The notes: generated by a model not told the origin, from the letters alone. Positions 28,945 to 38,549 are shown, numbered from the stretch's first letter. The stretch: 64,000 nt of DNA from Clostridiales bacterium Firm_14 (GCA_001604135.1 LVAT01000013.1:260896-324895); one strand, 5' to 3'. Numbers and translations are program-made.

Positions 28945-30186
28945 TTATTCTCCTTGTTCTATTTGATCAACTTGTTCTAATAGAGATTCCGTATTGTCAC
29001 TTGTATCTGTGTAATCATTAATACTTGCTCTTGTAAAATCAGTTTTGATATAGCATGTAATCCACATCCAAAAAATACAATTCATCCATAAAGTACTACT
29101 AAACATTAACGGAACAATACTTCCAAAAAGAGTTATTACTAAAAACTTTTTCTCATGATAATCGACAAATAACAAACTTCTAATAGCTCTAATAACTATT
29201 ATCAAAACGGCTATCAATCCAAAAACAACACCAAATTCACATAATAATTCCAAGATTAAATTATGTGAATAAATGCCACCTGTAACAACCGTATCACCGG
29301 CAATTCCGCGGATAAGTAAGGGATGCTCTTTTATTGCTGAAATTACCAAATTGTATTGATTCTCACGTCCTGAAAGATGACTGAAATCATTCGCAAACAA
29401 TCTTAATGTTCTACTATGCATTCCAAACTTGTCTGCTACGGAAAGAATAAAACTCATGATGCTACTAAAGAAAACAACTACGATTATTAACGCCAACAAA
29501 ATCGCAATCCAGCCAAGTGCTTTTCTATTCTTTCTTTTTTCGTATTTAAGAGATCTGATACTATCGTAAACAATATAAGCAATAATTGTAACTATCGGAC
29601 CTCTCGAGCCAAATAAAACTACTACTAACATAAACGAAATTAACGAAATAACAGAGGCGATTTTTAGAACGCCTTTTTTTAACTTTATATTGGATAGCAA
29701 AATCATTTCCGGTAATAAAACAGAATAGCCAATCGACGTGTTATAGCCATCAATTCTTGCTATTCCTAAAATGTACAAAAGAAAAATCACTAAGAAAACA
29801 TATCCTATTATTATTCCAGCCACATCTAAAACTTTATTCAATTGCTCTTCATCAACGAAATAAACCATTATTGATAGAGGAAAGCAGATTAAAACAAAAA
29901 CTCTCATATACTCATTAAATCTATCTGGAAGTACTGGATAGAGCAGAAAATTAATAACTAAAAACAAAACAATAAATAAAACATATAGACAGATCTTTGA
30001 ATCTAATGCTTTTATAATTGACAAAAAACCCAAAAGCATTGAAACAAAAAGCACTATACGAATAACAACAACCAACAAATGGATAGCAACAAAACCTGTA
30101 AAAATACTTTCAACGGTATTAAACAATGAATAAAAGAAATATATCGCAATTGGCCAAACGCAGAACTGTTTATATCTAAGAACCAT
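28945..30186 (-). CDS. Wzy-like polymerase / O-antigen-ligase family membrane protein, copy 2
   Basis: Multi-pass membrane protein with GGIYSHNLILELLCEFGVVFGL (Wzy_C-like). Confidence 0.65.
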   Translation of the reverse strand: MVLRYKQFCVWPIAIYFFYSLFNTVESIFTGFVAIHLLVVVIRIVLFVSMLLGFLSIIKALDSKICLYVLFIVLFLVINFLLYPVLPDRFNEYMRVFVLICFPLSIMVYFVDEEQLNKVLDVAGIIIGYVFLVIFLLYILGIARIDGYNTSIGYSVLLPEMILLSNIKLKKGVLKIASVISLISFMLVVVLFGSRGPIVTIIAYIVYDSIRSLKYEKRKNRKALGWIAILLALIIVVVFFSSIMSFILSVADKFGMHSRTLRLFANDFSHLSGRENQYNLVISAIKEHPLLIRGIAGDTVVTGGIYSHNLILELLCEFGVVFGLIAVLIIVIRAIRSLLFVDYHEKKFLVITLFGSIVPLMFSSTLWMNCIFWMWITCYIKTDFTRASINDYTDTSDNTESLLEQVDQIEQGE

Positions 30187-31371
30187 CTACTTACTCTCCC
30201 CAACCAAATTTTGAAGCACATCAATAGCGAGTTTGTGGTCAGTTAAAGCTATAGCTGTATTATAAGCATTCATCGAGATATTCTTTATTCTCGCCGAATC
30301 TCGCGAAAAATCACAAGTCAAAAGATTAGCCAATTCTTGACTGTTTCCTAGATGAACAAGAAAACCATTCTCACCATTTTTGACGACACCATCAATTCCT
30401 TCATTGTAGGCACCAATAGGGATACATGCTTGTGACATTGCTTCAATATAAACCATTCCAAAAGTTTCATGACTTATCAACACAAGAGCATCTGCTTCTT
30501 GCATATATGAAAAAACTTCAGAATGAGGTACCGGTCCAACAAAAACGACACGATCCTCTATACCAAGTTGTTTCACTCTTTGCTTAAAATAATCTTCGTC
30601 AGGACCTTTACCAACAATTTTCAATACATAATCAATTTCAGTTGATGATAAAGCATCAATAATAGTATCTATACCTTTAGATTTATATAAAGCTCCTACA
30701 TATAATAATCTCTTCAGATCTGTTCGATAAACTGGATTTGGAATGATTTGTTCATCAGAAATACCAGAATACATAGCTATTATCTTTCTATTTCCTACAG
30801 CATTCTCTAATGGTTCTCTTTGCACTTCAGATCTGATCAGCCAAGTATCAACAATATCACACATATTTTTAATTGATGATTTAGAAAGATAAGGAAAATC
30901 TGCAGCATGTACAATTTGAGAGACAATGCACTTATCATTGATTTTCAGATTGTTTATAACCGTAATTACAGGATCTAAACAGTCACCAATTACTAAATCA
31001 TAGTTAACATCATTTAATATTTTCTGTGTTCTGGTTATGCAGGAGCGCAATTTATTAACACTCGTAACAGAGTGCGGAATAAACTTATTGAACAAAAAAC
31101 GTTTTACAGTGTAACCCTCATATGAATACTCAGTCTCTGTATAGGCCGCACGATCAACAACGTATTTTTCAAACTTATTTATTCCAATTAGCTTAACTAT
31201 CTTTGCAAAAACATTAAACAAAAATGGATACTTTCTTTCAAAGTGAATTATAGTTACTTGATGCCCCAACTTCACCCATTCCGAAGCATACCTAGATAAA
31301 AAAGGAGTAGCATAAGTCAATCCAGGTTGATCGAAATGTGGAAAATGTGCTGTCAAAATAAGAATTTGCAT
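30187..31371 (-). CDS. Family 4 glycosyltransferase
   Basis: ALVLISHETFGMVYIEAMSQACIPIGAYNEGIDGVV (EX7E region). Confidence 0.8.
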   Translation of the reverse strand: MQILILTAHFPHFDQPGLTYATPFLSRYASEWVKLGHQVTIIHFERKYPFLFNVFAKIVKLIGINKFEKYVVDRAAYTETEYSYEGYTVKRFLFNKFIPHSVTSVNKLRSCITRTQKILNDVNYDLVIGDCLDPVITVINNLKINDKCIVSQIVHAADFPYLSKSSIKNMCDIVDTWLIRSEVQREPLENAVGNRKIIAMYSGISDEQIIPNPVYRTDLKRLLYVGALYKSKGIDTIIDALSSTEIDYVLKIVGKGPDEDYFKQRVKQLGIEDRVVFVGPVPHSEVFSYMQEADALVLISHETFGMVYIEAMSQACIPIGAYNEGIDGVVKNGENGFLVHLGNSQELANLLTCDFSRDSARIKNISMNAYNTAIALTDHKLAIDVLQNLVGESK

Positions 31372-31388
31372 TACTATCCCTTAATATA

Positions 31389-31961
31389 TTATTTCAATAG
31401 GCCTTCTTTTTTTAATACAGATACAGCTATTTCTGGCTTGTAGTCCCACCAAGCAGACTTTCTAATTATATCCTCTTTTTCATGAGCTTCTCTGTAACGA
31501 ATTATCTTGGCAGGAATCCCTCCAACTATTGCATAAGCAGGAACATCTTTAGTAACAACAGATCCCGCAGCAAGCACAGCACCATCACCAATACGCACAT
31601 TTCTTAATACAACAACATTAGTTCCGATCCATACGTCATTTCCGATATTTACCATGCCCTCAGTCAGTGATTTTTTCTCAGTTTTATAAGCGTTTATTCT
31701 TTCTGAAGTACTAACGCTGTCCAAATCATGCTCTCCTGGACCAATAGTAACGAAAGGAGCTATAGAACAGTAACTGCCAATGTTAGTTTTAGTTATTGTA
31801 GTAAATCTACCAATAAAATTATAATTCCCAATTACAGTCTCTTCGTCAGCAAATACGCCCTCTTTAAAAATACAACCCTTGCCATATCGACAATAAATAC
31901 CTTTTTTAAATCTAAAGGTTCTTATAATTCTACGAAACACTTTTTTTGTCCTACTAATCAT
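31389..31961 (-). CDS. Hexapeptide-repeat O-acetyltransferase
   Basis: GNDVWIGTNVVVLRNVRIGDGAVLAAGSVVTKDVPAYAIVGGIPAKIIRYR ... WWDY. Confidence 0.85.
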   Translation of the reverse strand: MISRTKKVFRRIIRTFRFKKGIYCRYGKGCIFKEGVFADEETVIGNYNFIGRFTTITKTNIGSYCSIAPFVTIGPGEHDLDSVSTSERINAYKTEKKSLTEGMVNIGNDVWIGTNVVVLRNVRIGDGAVLAAGSVVTKDVPAYAIVGGIPAKIIRYREAHEKEDIIRKSAWWDYKPEIAVSVLKKEGLLK

Positions 31962-31972
31962 ATTAATACCTT

Positions 31973-32878
31973 TTACAATTTAACATATTTAATATCAGCA
32001 CTATTCATTAGTGCTGGTTCAGCTTCCTGATTATTTCGCCACTTTTTGGGTACGATAACAATCTTATTAGGATTCTCAGATAAATAACTAGACCACCAAG
32101 AGAAAGTACTATTGGAAATTATAAAGTGTTTGCAGGACTTCATTAGTCGCATATCCTGATAATCTTTAAAACCGTTAACATAAAGAGCTCCTTCAATTTT
32201 ATACTGCTCCATAACAACTTTAGGATCATTCGTAAAAACAAAGAAAACAGGATTATCAACATGATTTCTAATGTAATCTATACCGCGTTTAACATATTCC
32301 GGGGTAAGCACATCAAATCGCTTGTTCTTTGAATCTTTATAATCACCAACGCGGAGATGAACACAAATAGAATTACAAGACTCTATATGATTAAGGGTTT
32401 CTCCTTCTTCTTCAACTGGTTTAGAAATATTAAATGTTTCTCTAATCTCAGGAATAACATCTCTAAAATAAGGTTCACCCTGAAAATATCCATAACAATA
32501 TTTATTGCTTATGTTTAGCTTAGGTAGTGAATAAAAATACGGATCAAAATTATAGTATCTGCCCTTATTTAAGTAGCGAACATATAACTTCTTCCCAACA
32601 CGGTCACTACGATGTATAGCTCGCATACAGCGCTGTATAACTCTATAGCGCTTTTGTTCTCTTATTATCTTATTACGTTCGCTCTCAGATAAAACGCTCT
32701 TCCAATTCGGGAGCTCATTAACACACAAATTATAAAGAGCTAGACTTCTCTGCTTATCCGAAGAATATGAATCAATATCATAGTAAACATCTTCGCTATA
32801 TAGATTAGCAAGTTCTCTAGAAAAGGCATATTGGAACATCTGATTGCCAAGACCACCCATTAACTTAACAACAATCAT
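31973..32878 (-). CDS. GT11 alpha-1,2-fucosyltransferase family glycosyltransferase
   Basis: MGGLGNQMFQYAF, VHLRVGDY and SNSTFSWWSSYL match all three GT11 motifs. Confidence 0.85.
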   Translation of the reverse strand: MIVVKLMGGLGNQMFQYAFSRELANLYSEDVYYDIDSYSSDKQRSLALYNLCVNELPNWKSVLSESERNKIIREQKRYRVIQRCMRAIHRSDRVGKKLYVRYLNKGRYYNFDPYFYSLPKLNISNKYCYGYFQGEPYFRDVIPEIRETFNISKPVEEEGETLNHIESCNSICVHLRVGDYKDSKNKRFDVLTPEYVKRGIDYIRNHVDNPVFFVFTNDPKVVMEQYKIEGALYVNGFKDYQDMRLMKSCKHFIISNSTFSWWSSYLSENPNKIVIVPKKWRNNQEAEPALMNSADIKYVKL

Positions 32879-33651
32879 TGATCATGCCTCGTGTCAATTC
32901 CAATTCCAGTACCTTTAACAAAGGCCCAACAACCCAATTCATATACACTGCGAAAAACATTATGCTTTTCTATATCATGATACAGTTGCCAGTGATACTT
33001 AGCTTGAGATAGTTTTTTGTGACTTACACTTCCCGTTCTACCAAGTCTATAGATTCCCAATGCATCTTCCATTCCATAGCAATATGGTGTTTTCTTTAAT
33101 ATCTGAAGCCACAAAGCAAAGTCATTTCTTTTTTTTATCAATGGCACTTCAAATTTACCAAGAGTCTCTTGATTGTACATCACAGTAAGGTTGCCTATCG
33201 GATTTGATAACTGAATACACTTTTTATATCCAGTTCTTTGAGGAGGCACAATGATAGTATGCAAATCATTACCATTTACATCCATCTGTCTATAAGCAGT
33301 ACAAGAAAAATCAGCCCCTACGTCATTCATAAAAGCTATTTGCTTTTCCAATTTATTCTCAATCCAAAGGTCATCAGAATCCAAAAAAGCACAATATTTA
33401 CCATTAGCCCTACGAATAGCTTCAGTACGAGCAACTGCAGGTCCACCATTTTCATTTAACTTAAAGTAATGAATATTTGAATATTTTTCCAAATAAGGAA
33501 CTAAAACGTCTTCTGTATTGTCAGTACTACAATCATCAACAATTTGAATTTCCCAATCAGTGACAGTTTGAGAAATTACTGAATCTATAGATTCAGTAAT
33601 ATACTTTCCGCAGTTATAAGTTGGCATTATTACACTCACAAGAACCGACAT
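32875..33651 (-). CDS. Family 2 glycosyltransferase
   Basis: VSVIMPTYNCGKYITESIDSVISQTVTDWEIQIVDDCSTDNT ... LDSDD. Confidence 0.85.
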   Translation of the reverse strand: MSVLVSVIMPTYNCGKYITESIDSVISQTVTDWEIQIVDDCSTDNTEDVLVPYLEKYSNIHYFKLNENGGPAVARTEAIRRANGKYCAFLDSDDLWIENKLEKQIAFMNDVGADFSCTAYRQMDVNGNDLHTIIVPPQRTGYKKCIQLSNPIGNLTVMYNQETLGKFEVPLIKKRNDFALWLQILKKTPYCYGMEDALGIYRLGRTGSVSHKKLSQAKYHWQLYHDIEKHNVFRSVYELGCWAFVKGTGIGIDTRHDQ

Positions 33652-33688
33652 GTAGTATACCCGTTACATTAAATCAAAAAGCTAAATA

Positions 33689-35074
33689 CTATTCCTTTTC
33701 GCTACTGCTATCAATCGCAGTTGTCTGCCCTTTAGCTACGCCTTCTGTACTTTCCGAAGTAAACAAGATCTTAAACGTTGCAAAGCAGATTCTTATATCT
33801 TCTGCAAAGCTGGGATGAGCAATATACATAAGATCCATCTGGAGTTTGTCATACGGAGTAGTATTGTACTTGCCATATACCTGAGCATATCCGGTAAGGC
33901 CTGCCTTTGCCTGCAGTCTAAGCTGGAATTCAGGGATTTCTTTCATATACTCCTCAGCAATCTCCGGTCTTTCGGGACGAGGACCTACAACTGAGAGGTT
34001 ACCTGAAAGAATATCGATTAACTGAGGCAGTTCGTCTATCCTGCATTTTCTTATAAAACGTCCTACCGGAGTAATTCTGTCATCGTTCTCACCGGAAGAA
34101 AGTCTCGCAACGCCGTCTTTCTCTGCATCTACCCTCATGCTCCTGAATTTATGGATCATAAAGCGCTTACCATTCTTAGTAAGTCTCTCCTGCTTATAAA
34201 ACACAGGACCTTTATCCGTAGCCTTAATAGCAATAGCTGTTATAAGGAATATGGGAGATAAAACGATCAGACCTAACAACGAAGCGAAAATATCAAATAT
34301 TCTCTTCAATAATAAGTAGCCAGGACGCGGATTATATCTCTGAACTCTCAACATCGGAAGATGGAACATATGCATTTGCTTTGCACTGCTCATAATTACA
34401 TCACCAATCCTGGGTATCATGTAAACCTGCTTATTCTCGTACAGACAATATTTGAGAATGAAATTACGATCATGGCTGTGAATACCGCTTAAAAATACTA
34501 CCTCCATATCATCTATCATCGAGAGATCGTCGAGACATTCCTCAACAGAAGCAGTTTTCTTAACATCAAACTTCTTAGAAAGACCATATTCTTCAATAAG
34601 ATCCTTCATACCTCGACGTCTATCGTAAACAATTATGGATTTTTTAGCAGGGAACCACTTAAAGTAAATTCCATGAGAGATGCAAGTCCAAATAATAGAT
34701 ATTGAGACTTGATCAACAAAACATAAAAGAAGCGGCAAAGGATTGGGTAAATGCTTACACAAAAGGACAGTAATAACATACATAATGATGTTAGAAAACA
34801 ACAGCGCTAAAGTCTGACTTGCAATTACATCAAATATGCGATAGTGAGAAATCAAGAAAGCATCATATGTTTTACCAAAGTAGTAATAAAGAACAGCGAA
34901 AATAGCTACAACAGCAACATTCCCCCAAAAAAAGTAGTGAGAACTGACTCTATATTGATAATACATAAACCATGCAACAGCGAATGGTATTACCATGCAT
35001 AATAAGTTTATAAATTTAATAAGTCTCAGACCTATCTCATGTTTGAAAGAATACATTGTACTAGTAGTGTTCAT
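33689..35074 (-). CDS. Polyprenyl-phosphate glycosylphosphotransferase (WbaP/EpsL-type priming transferase)
   Basis: The C-terminal sugar-transferase domain (KRIFDIFASLLGLIVLSPIFLITAIAIKATDKGPVFYKQERLTKNGKRFMIHKFRSM ... DELPQL ... GPRP) follows N-terminal TM segments. The start is set to ATG 35074, because the 100 nt upstream (in frame in the ORF track) is homologous to the noncoding leader upstream of capD. Confidence 0.8.
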   Translation of the reverse strand: MNTTSTMYSFKHEIGLRLIKFINLLCMVIPFAVAWFMYYQYRVSSHYFFWGNVAVVAIFAVLYYYFGKTYDAFLISHYRIFDVIASQTLALLFSNIIMYVITVLLCKHLPNPLPLLLCFVDQVSISIIWTCISHGIYFKWFPAKKSIIVYDRRRGMKDLIEEYGLSKKFDVKKTASVEECLDDLSMIDDMEVVFLSGIHSHDRNFILKYCLYENKQVYMIPRIGDVIMSSAKQMHMFHLPMLRVQRYNPRPGYLLLKRIFDIFASLLGLIVLSPIFLITAIAIKATDKGPVFYKQERLTKNGKRFMIHKFRSMRVDAEKDGVARLSSGENDDRITPVGRFIRKCRIDELPQLIDILSGNLSVVGPRPERPEIAEEYMKEIPEFQLRLQAKAGLTGYAQVYGKYNTTPYDKLQMDLMYIAHPSFAEDIRICFATFKILFTSESTEGVAKGQTTAIDSSSEKE

Positions 35075-35223
35075 AATTCTTATATCTGAAAGCAAAAAGT
35101 GTTTTGAGTAAGCTACGCCATACGAAGCCATTGACTTCGTATCAGTTTCCGACATTTGAAGCTTCCTGACGCGCACTGAAGGCGACGATCATTAGGCCGC
35201 AAAAAACAAAACTACATAGTAGC
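35075..35223 (-). ncRNA. Conserved 5' leader element, copy A (candidate structured regulatory RNA)
   Basis: Shares with 54436-54592 the blocks AATGATCGTCGCCT and GCGCGTCAGGAAGC (both 14/14 identical), a CGAAG-loop-CTTCGTAT hairpin, a GCGYAGC block and CACTTTTT..GCTTTC. Both copies end at a start codon. Confidence 0.45.
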
Positions 35224-35409
35224 TCATCAATAATACTATATTATAATTAATATTAAATAAATAAGTAATTTAATTTTGACAATCAAGGAATTATCAACTC
35301 TACGAATATTGTACAGGTTGTCACCTATACATCGAAGCTCTTATATAGCCTTGCCGCCAAATCCCAAACAACCCGCACACGCAAATTAATCACATCTCAG
35401 AATTATATC

Positions 35410-35445
35410 CAAAAAAAGCAGCTGAGAGAAATCCTCCCAGCTGCT
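35410..35445 (-). terminator. Strong intrinsic terminator of the small monocistronic gene
   Basis: Minus strand: AGCAGCUGGGAG-GAUUU-CUCUCAGCUGCU, a 12-bp stem with one G-U pair, followed by UUUUUUU. Confidence 0.75.
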
Positions 35446-35480
35446 AATTCACGATCTAACGGTATGTGACTACAGTATCC

Positions 35481-35867
35481 TTATTGACGAATAAAAACAC
35501 CGTTTAAGTCTTTTGAACCGTTATTCCAAGTAGCATCAGGATCGTAATTATATATACCATCCCAATTTCTTGCACCTTGAGAAGCCTCAGCATAAAGAGT
35601 GTTTCTAAAGGATTGAGTAGTAGTACCATTCGAAATTCCTGCATTACTGATACCGTGATTTCTCATTACATCCAAAAAATCACTAACAGCATCTCTGGAA
35701 GTCATCGTATAGGTATTGTTGTTGAACTTAACCTGACCGTCTCCAGGCACGCCACCCGAAAATCCGGTCAAATTAACCGATGCTGACATCAACCTACTAC
35801 TTGCTACAATGACATCGCTTTCGGCAAAGCGAATAACAGCCATTTCTGGCTTTCTCATTTTGGTCAT
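35481..35867 (-). CDS. Small hypothetical protein (128 aa), Asn/Gly/Ser/Thr-rich
   Basis: ATG at 35867 with GGAGAA 6 nt upstream. Sequence: MTKMRKPEMAVIRFAESDVIVASS... No signal peptide or TM segment is evident. It has its own terminator. Confidence 0.5.
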   Translation of the reverse strand: MTKMRKPEMAVIRFAESDVIVASSRLMSASVNLTGFSGGVPGDGQVKFNNNTYTMTSRDAVSDFLDVMRNHGISNAGISNGTTTQSFRNTLYAEASQGARNWDGIYNYDPDATWNNGSKDLNGVFIRQ

Positions 35868-36072
35868 ATTTAGTTCTCCGATCATATAAACTCAAAGTAA
35901 AACTACAAAACTTTGTCAAGAAAGTCAAATATTATTTTTATTACTACATAAAGCATATTTTACATTTTAAATTCATCCTCTATGTTTGAAGCTAAACGGC
36001 CACATCTTTTGATGCAGACATTAATCGTTGAAAGCCCAATTTGTTTCTGTTAGTAACATTTTCCAGTAACCT

Positions 36073-36102
36073 TTGACATTTTTGCTCGTTCAATGTTATT
36101 CT
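36073..36102 (+). promoter_or_regulatory. Candidate promoter of the HTH-ugd gene
   Basis: TTGACA (36073-36078), 18 nt, TATTCT (36097-36102) with a TG immediately (no gap) upstream. Confidence 0.3.
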
Positions 36103-36130
36103 TGCTGCATAAAACTCTAGGAGAATCAAT

Positions 36131-37627
36131 ATGAAAGTATTATCAGCAGATTTACTTGCTTCAACAGTAGCAGCAAAGCGTAAAGAAAAGAAGATCACTC
36201 AGTCTGATCTTAGCAAAGCTACAAATATTAACCGATCTCTTATATCCCAATTAGAGAATAAGGAGTACACCCCTTCAGCCAACCAGTTAATGGCTCTTGC
36301 TTCAGTTTTGGACTTCAAGATAGATTCCGTCTTCGCTGAACCTAAAACTGAGACAAAAAAGAATTCTAAGAGCTATAAGGTCGCAGTAGCAGGCACCGGT
36401 TATGTCGGCCTCTCCCTTGCAGTTCTCCTTGCTCAGCATAACGATGTAACAGCAGTAGATATCATTCCGGAGAAGGTTGAGAAGCTCAATAACTACATCG
36501 CCCCTATTCAGGATGACTATATCGAGCTTTTCCTCAATGAAGCTAAAGAAGGCAAACGCGAGCTTAATCTTAAGGCTACAACAGACGGCGACAGCGCATA
36601 TAAGGACGCAGATTACATCATCATCGCAGCTCCCACGAACTACGATCCTCAGAAAAACTTCTTTGATTGTTCTGCAGTTGAGGGTGTTGTCCAGCAGATC
36701 AAGGACGTTACTAAGTCAAATAAGAAGAAACCTACTATAGTTATAAAGTCTACAATCCCTGTCGGCTACACAAAGCATGTCAGTGAAAAGCTTGATATGG
36801 ACAACATCATCTTCTTCCCAGAATTCTTAAGAGAGTCCAAAGCTCTTTACGATAACCTCTACCCTAGCCGTATCATCGGCGGAAGCGATGAGAAGAACAT
36901 GGAAGCCGCAAAGATCTTCGCACAGCTCCTTCAGGAAGGTGCCATCAAGGAAGACATCGATACACTTTTCATGGGTACAACTGAGGCTGAAGCTACTAAG
37001 CTCTTCGTAAATACTTACCTAGCATTAAGAGTATCTTATTTCAATGAGTTGGACACATATGCCGAAATGAAGGATCTTAATACGGCTGACATCATCAAAG
37101 GCGTAAGTTTGGATCCCAGAGTCGGTGACTACTACAACAATCCTTCATTCGGTTATGGCGGATACTGCCTCCCTAAGGATACAAAGCAGTTACTTGCCAA
37201 CTACCAGGATGTCCCGGAGAACCTTATTCAGGCAATTGTGGAGTCGAACAGAACTCGTAAAGACTTTATCGCTGATAGAGTTCTTGAAAAGGCAGGAGCA
37301 TACAGTTACACAAATAATAATTATGATGAGAATAAAGAAAAAGAAGTCGTTGTTGGTGTTTATCGCCTTACAATGAAGGCGAATTCGGATAACTTCCGAC
37401 AGAGCTCCATTCAGGGTGTTATGAAGAGAATTAAGGCTAAAGGCGCTACAGTTATTATCTACGAACCTACTCTTGAGAATGGGACAACTTTCTTTGGCTC
37501 ACAGGTAGTAAACGACTTGAAGAAGTTCAAGAAAAAGTGCGGTTGCATCATCGCCAACCGTTATGATCCCGCATTAGATGACGTGGAAGACAAGGTTTAT
37601 ACAAGAGACCTCTTTAGGAGAGATTGA
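36131..37627 (+). CDS. ugd: Fusion protein: N-terminal XRE-type HTH domain plus UDP-glucose 6-dehydrogenase
   Basis: N-terminus has [39 protein letters not shown] (HTH_3-like). Then [19 protein letters not shown] and catalytic [21 protein letters not shown] lies 5 nt before the ATG at 36131. There is no start codon near the dehydrogenase domain boundary. Confidence 0.85.
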   Translation: MKVLSADLLASTVAAKRKEKKITQSDLSKATNINRSLISQLENKEYTPSANQLMALASVLDFKIDSVFAEPKTETKKNSKSYKVAVAGTGYVGLSLAVLLAQHNDVTAVDIIPEKVEKLNNYIAPIQDDYIELFLNEAKEGKRELNLKATTDGDSAYKDADYIIIAAPTNYDPQKNFFDCSAVEGVVQQIKDVTKSNKKKPTIVIKSTIPVGYTKHVSEKLDMDNIIFFPEFLRESKALYDNLYPSRIIGGSDEKNMEAAKIFAQLLQEGAIKEDIDTLFMGTTEAEATKLFVNTYLALRVSYFNELDTYAEMKDLNTADIIKGVSLDPRVGDYYNNPSFGYGGYCLPKDTKQLLANYQDVPENLIQAIVESNRTRKDFIADRVLEKAGAYSYTNNNYDENKEKEVVVGVYRLTMKANSDNFRQSSIQGVMKRIKAKGATVIIYEPTLENGTTFFGSQVVNDLKKFKKKCGCIIANRYDPALDDVEDKVYTRDLFRRD

Positions 37628-37628
37628 T

Positions 37629-38549
37629 ATGGGAAAGACGAAAGTCGTACTAAACGGCAAGACTATACTTGTAACTGGTTCGCCCTGATTTGTTGGTACT
37701 AATCTTGTTATCTGATTATTGAAGGAAATGACTGACGGTACGGTCATCTCCCTTGATAACATGAACGATTACTACGATCCGAAGCTCAAGGAATACCGCT
37801 TGTAGCAGATTAAAGAAGTTTCTGAGACTTCATTCGATAATCACATTGGATTTTGCAACATGCTTGAAGCATACAGATATAACAAAGTAGAACACTTAGT
37901 CTACGCTTCCAGCTCTTCTGTCTATGGCGGAAACAAGAAAGTCCCCTTCTCTGTAGAAGACAAAGTAGATAACCCGGTATCACTTTACGCCGCAACAAAA
38001 AAGAGCAATGAGCTCATTGCACATTGCTACTCAAAGCTTTATAACATCCCTACAACAGGATTAAGATTCTTTACGGTTTATGGTCCTGCAGGAAGACCTG
38101 ATATGTTCTATTATTCTGCAACTGAGAAACTCGTTGCCGGAAAGACCATCCAGATATTCAATTACGGCAACTGCAAAAGAGACTTCACATACGTTGATGA
38201 CATCGTAGAAGGCGTCTTTAGAGTTATGCAGGGCGCTCCTGAGAAAGCTAATGGAGAAGACGGTCTCCCCTTACCTCCTTATGCCATTTATAATATCGGC
38301 GGCGGCACACCGGAGAATCTCTTAGATTACATTAGCACATTACAGGAAGAACTTGTCAGATCAGGCGTATTACCTGAAGACTATGACTTTGAAGGCCATC
38401 GTGAATTAGTTCCCATGCAGCCCGGTGACGTTCCTGTAACTTATGCTGACAGCAAAGCTCTGGAAGAAGATTATGGATTCAGACCGACGATCGGAATCAG
38501 AGAAGAGTTAAAGAAGCTTTCGGATTGTTATAAAGAGTATTCGAATTAA
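37629..38549 (+). pseudogene. Decayed NAD-dependent epimerase (UDP-glucuronate 4-epimerase type)
   Basis: A single frame from ATG 37629 reads MGKTKVVLNGKTILVTGSP*FVGTNLVI*LLKEM...LKEYRL*QIKE..., with stops at 37686 (TGA), 37713 (TGA) and 37803 (TAG). About 45-50 codons, including the expected NLAAQAGVRYS region, are missing before HIGFCNMLEA. The rest is intact (HLVYASSSSVYG, SLYAATKKSNE, GLRFFTVYGPAGRPDM). Confidence 0.8.

Noticed and set aside
35075-35176. Upstream starts for the WbaP-type transferase: GTG 35176 (ORF track) or ATG 35155 with the AGGAAGC SD.
   Set aside because: This segment aligns nucleotide for nucleotide with the noncoding leader upstream of capD, where it contains stop codons. 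The aligned start is ATG 35074. An N-terminally extended isoform cannot be fully excluded.
37686-37805. In-frame TGA, TGA and TAG codons in the epimerase, considered as stop-codon recoding (selenocysteine or an alternative genetic code).
   Set aside because: TGA and TAG serve as ordinary stops for neighbouring genes. No SECIS-like hairpin was noticed, two different stop codons are involved, and there is an accompanying internal deletion. Pseudogenisation is the simpler explanation.
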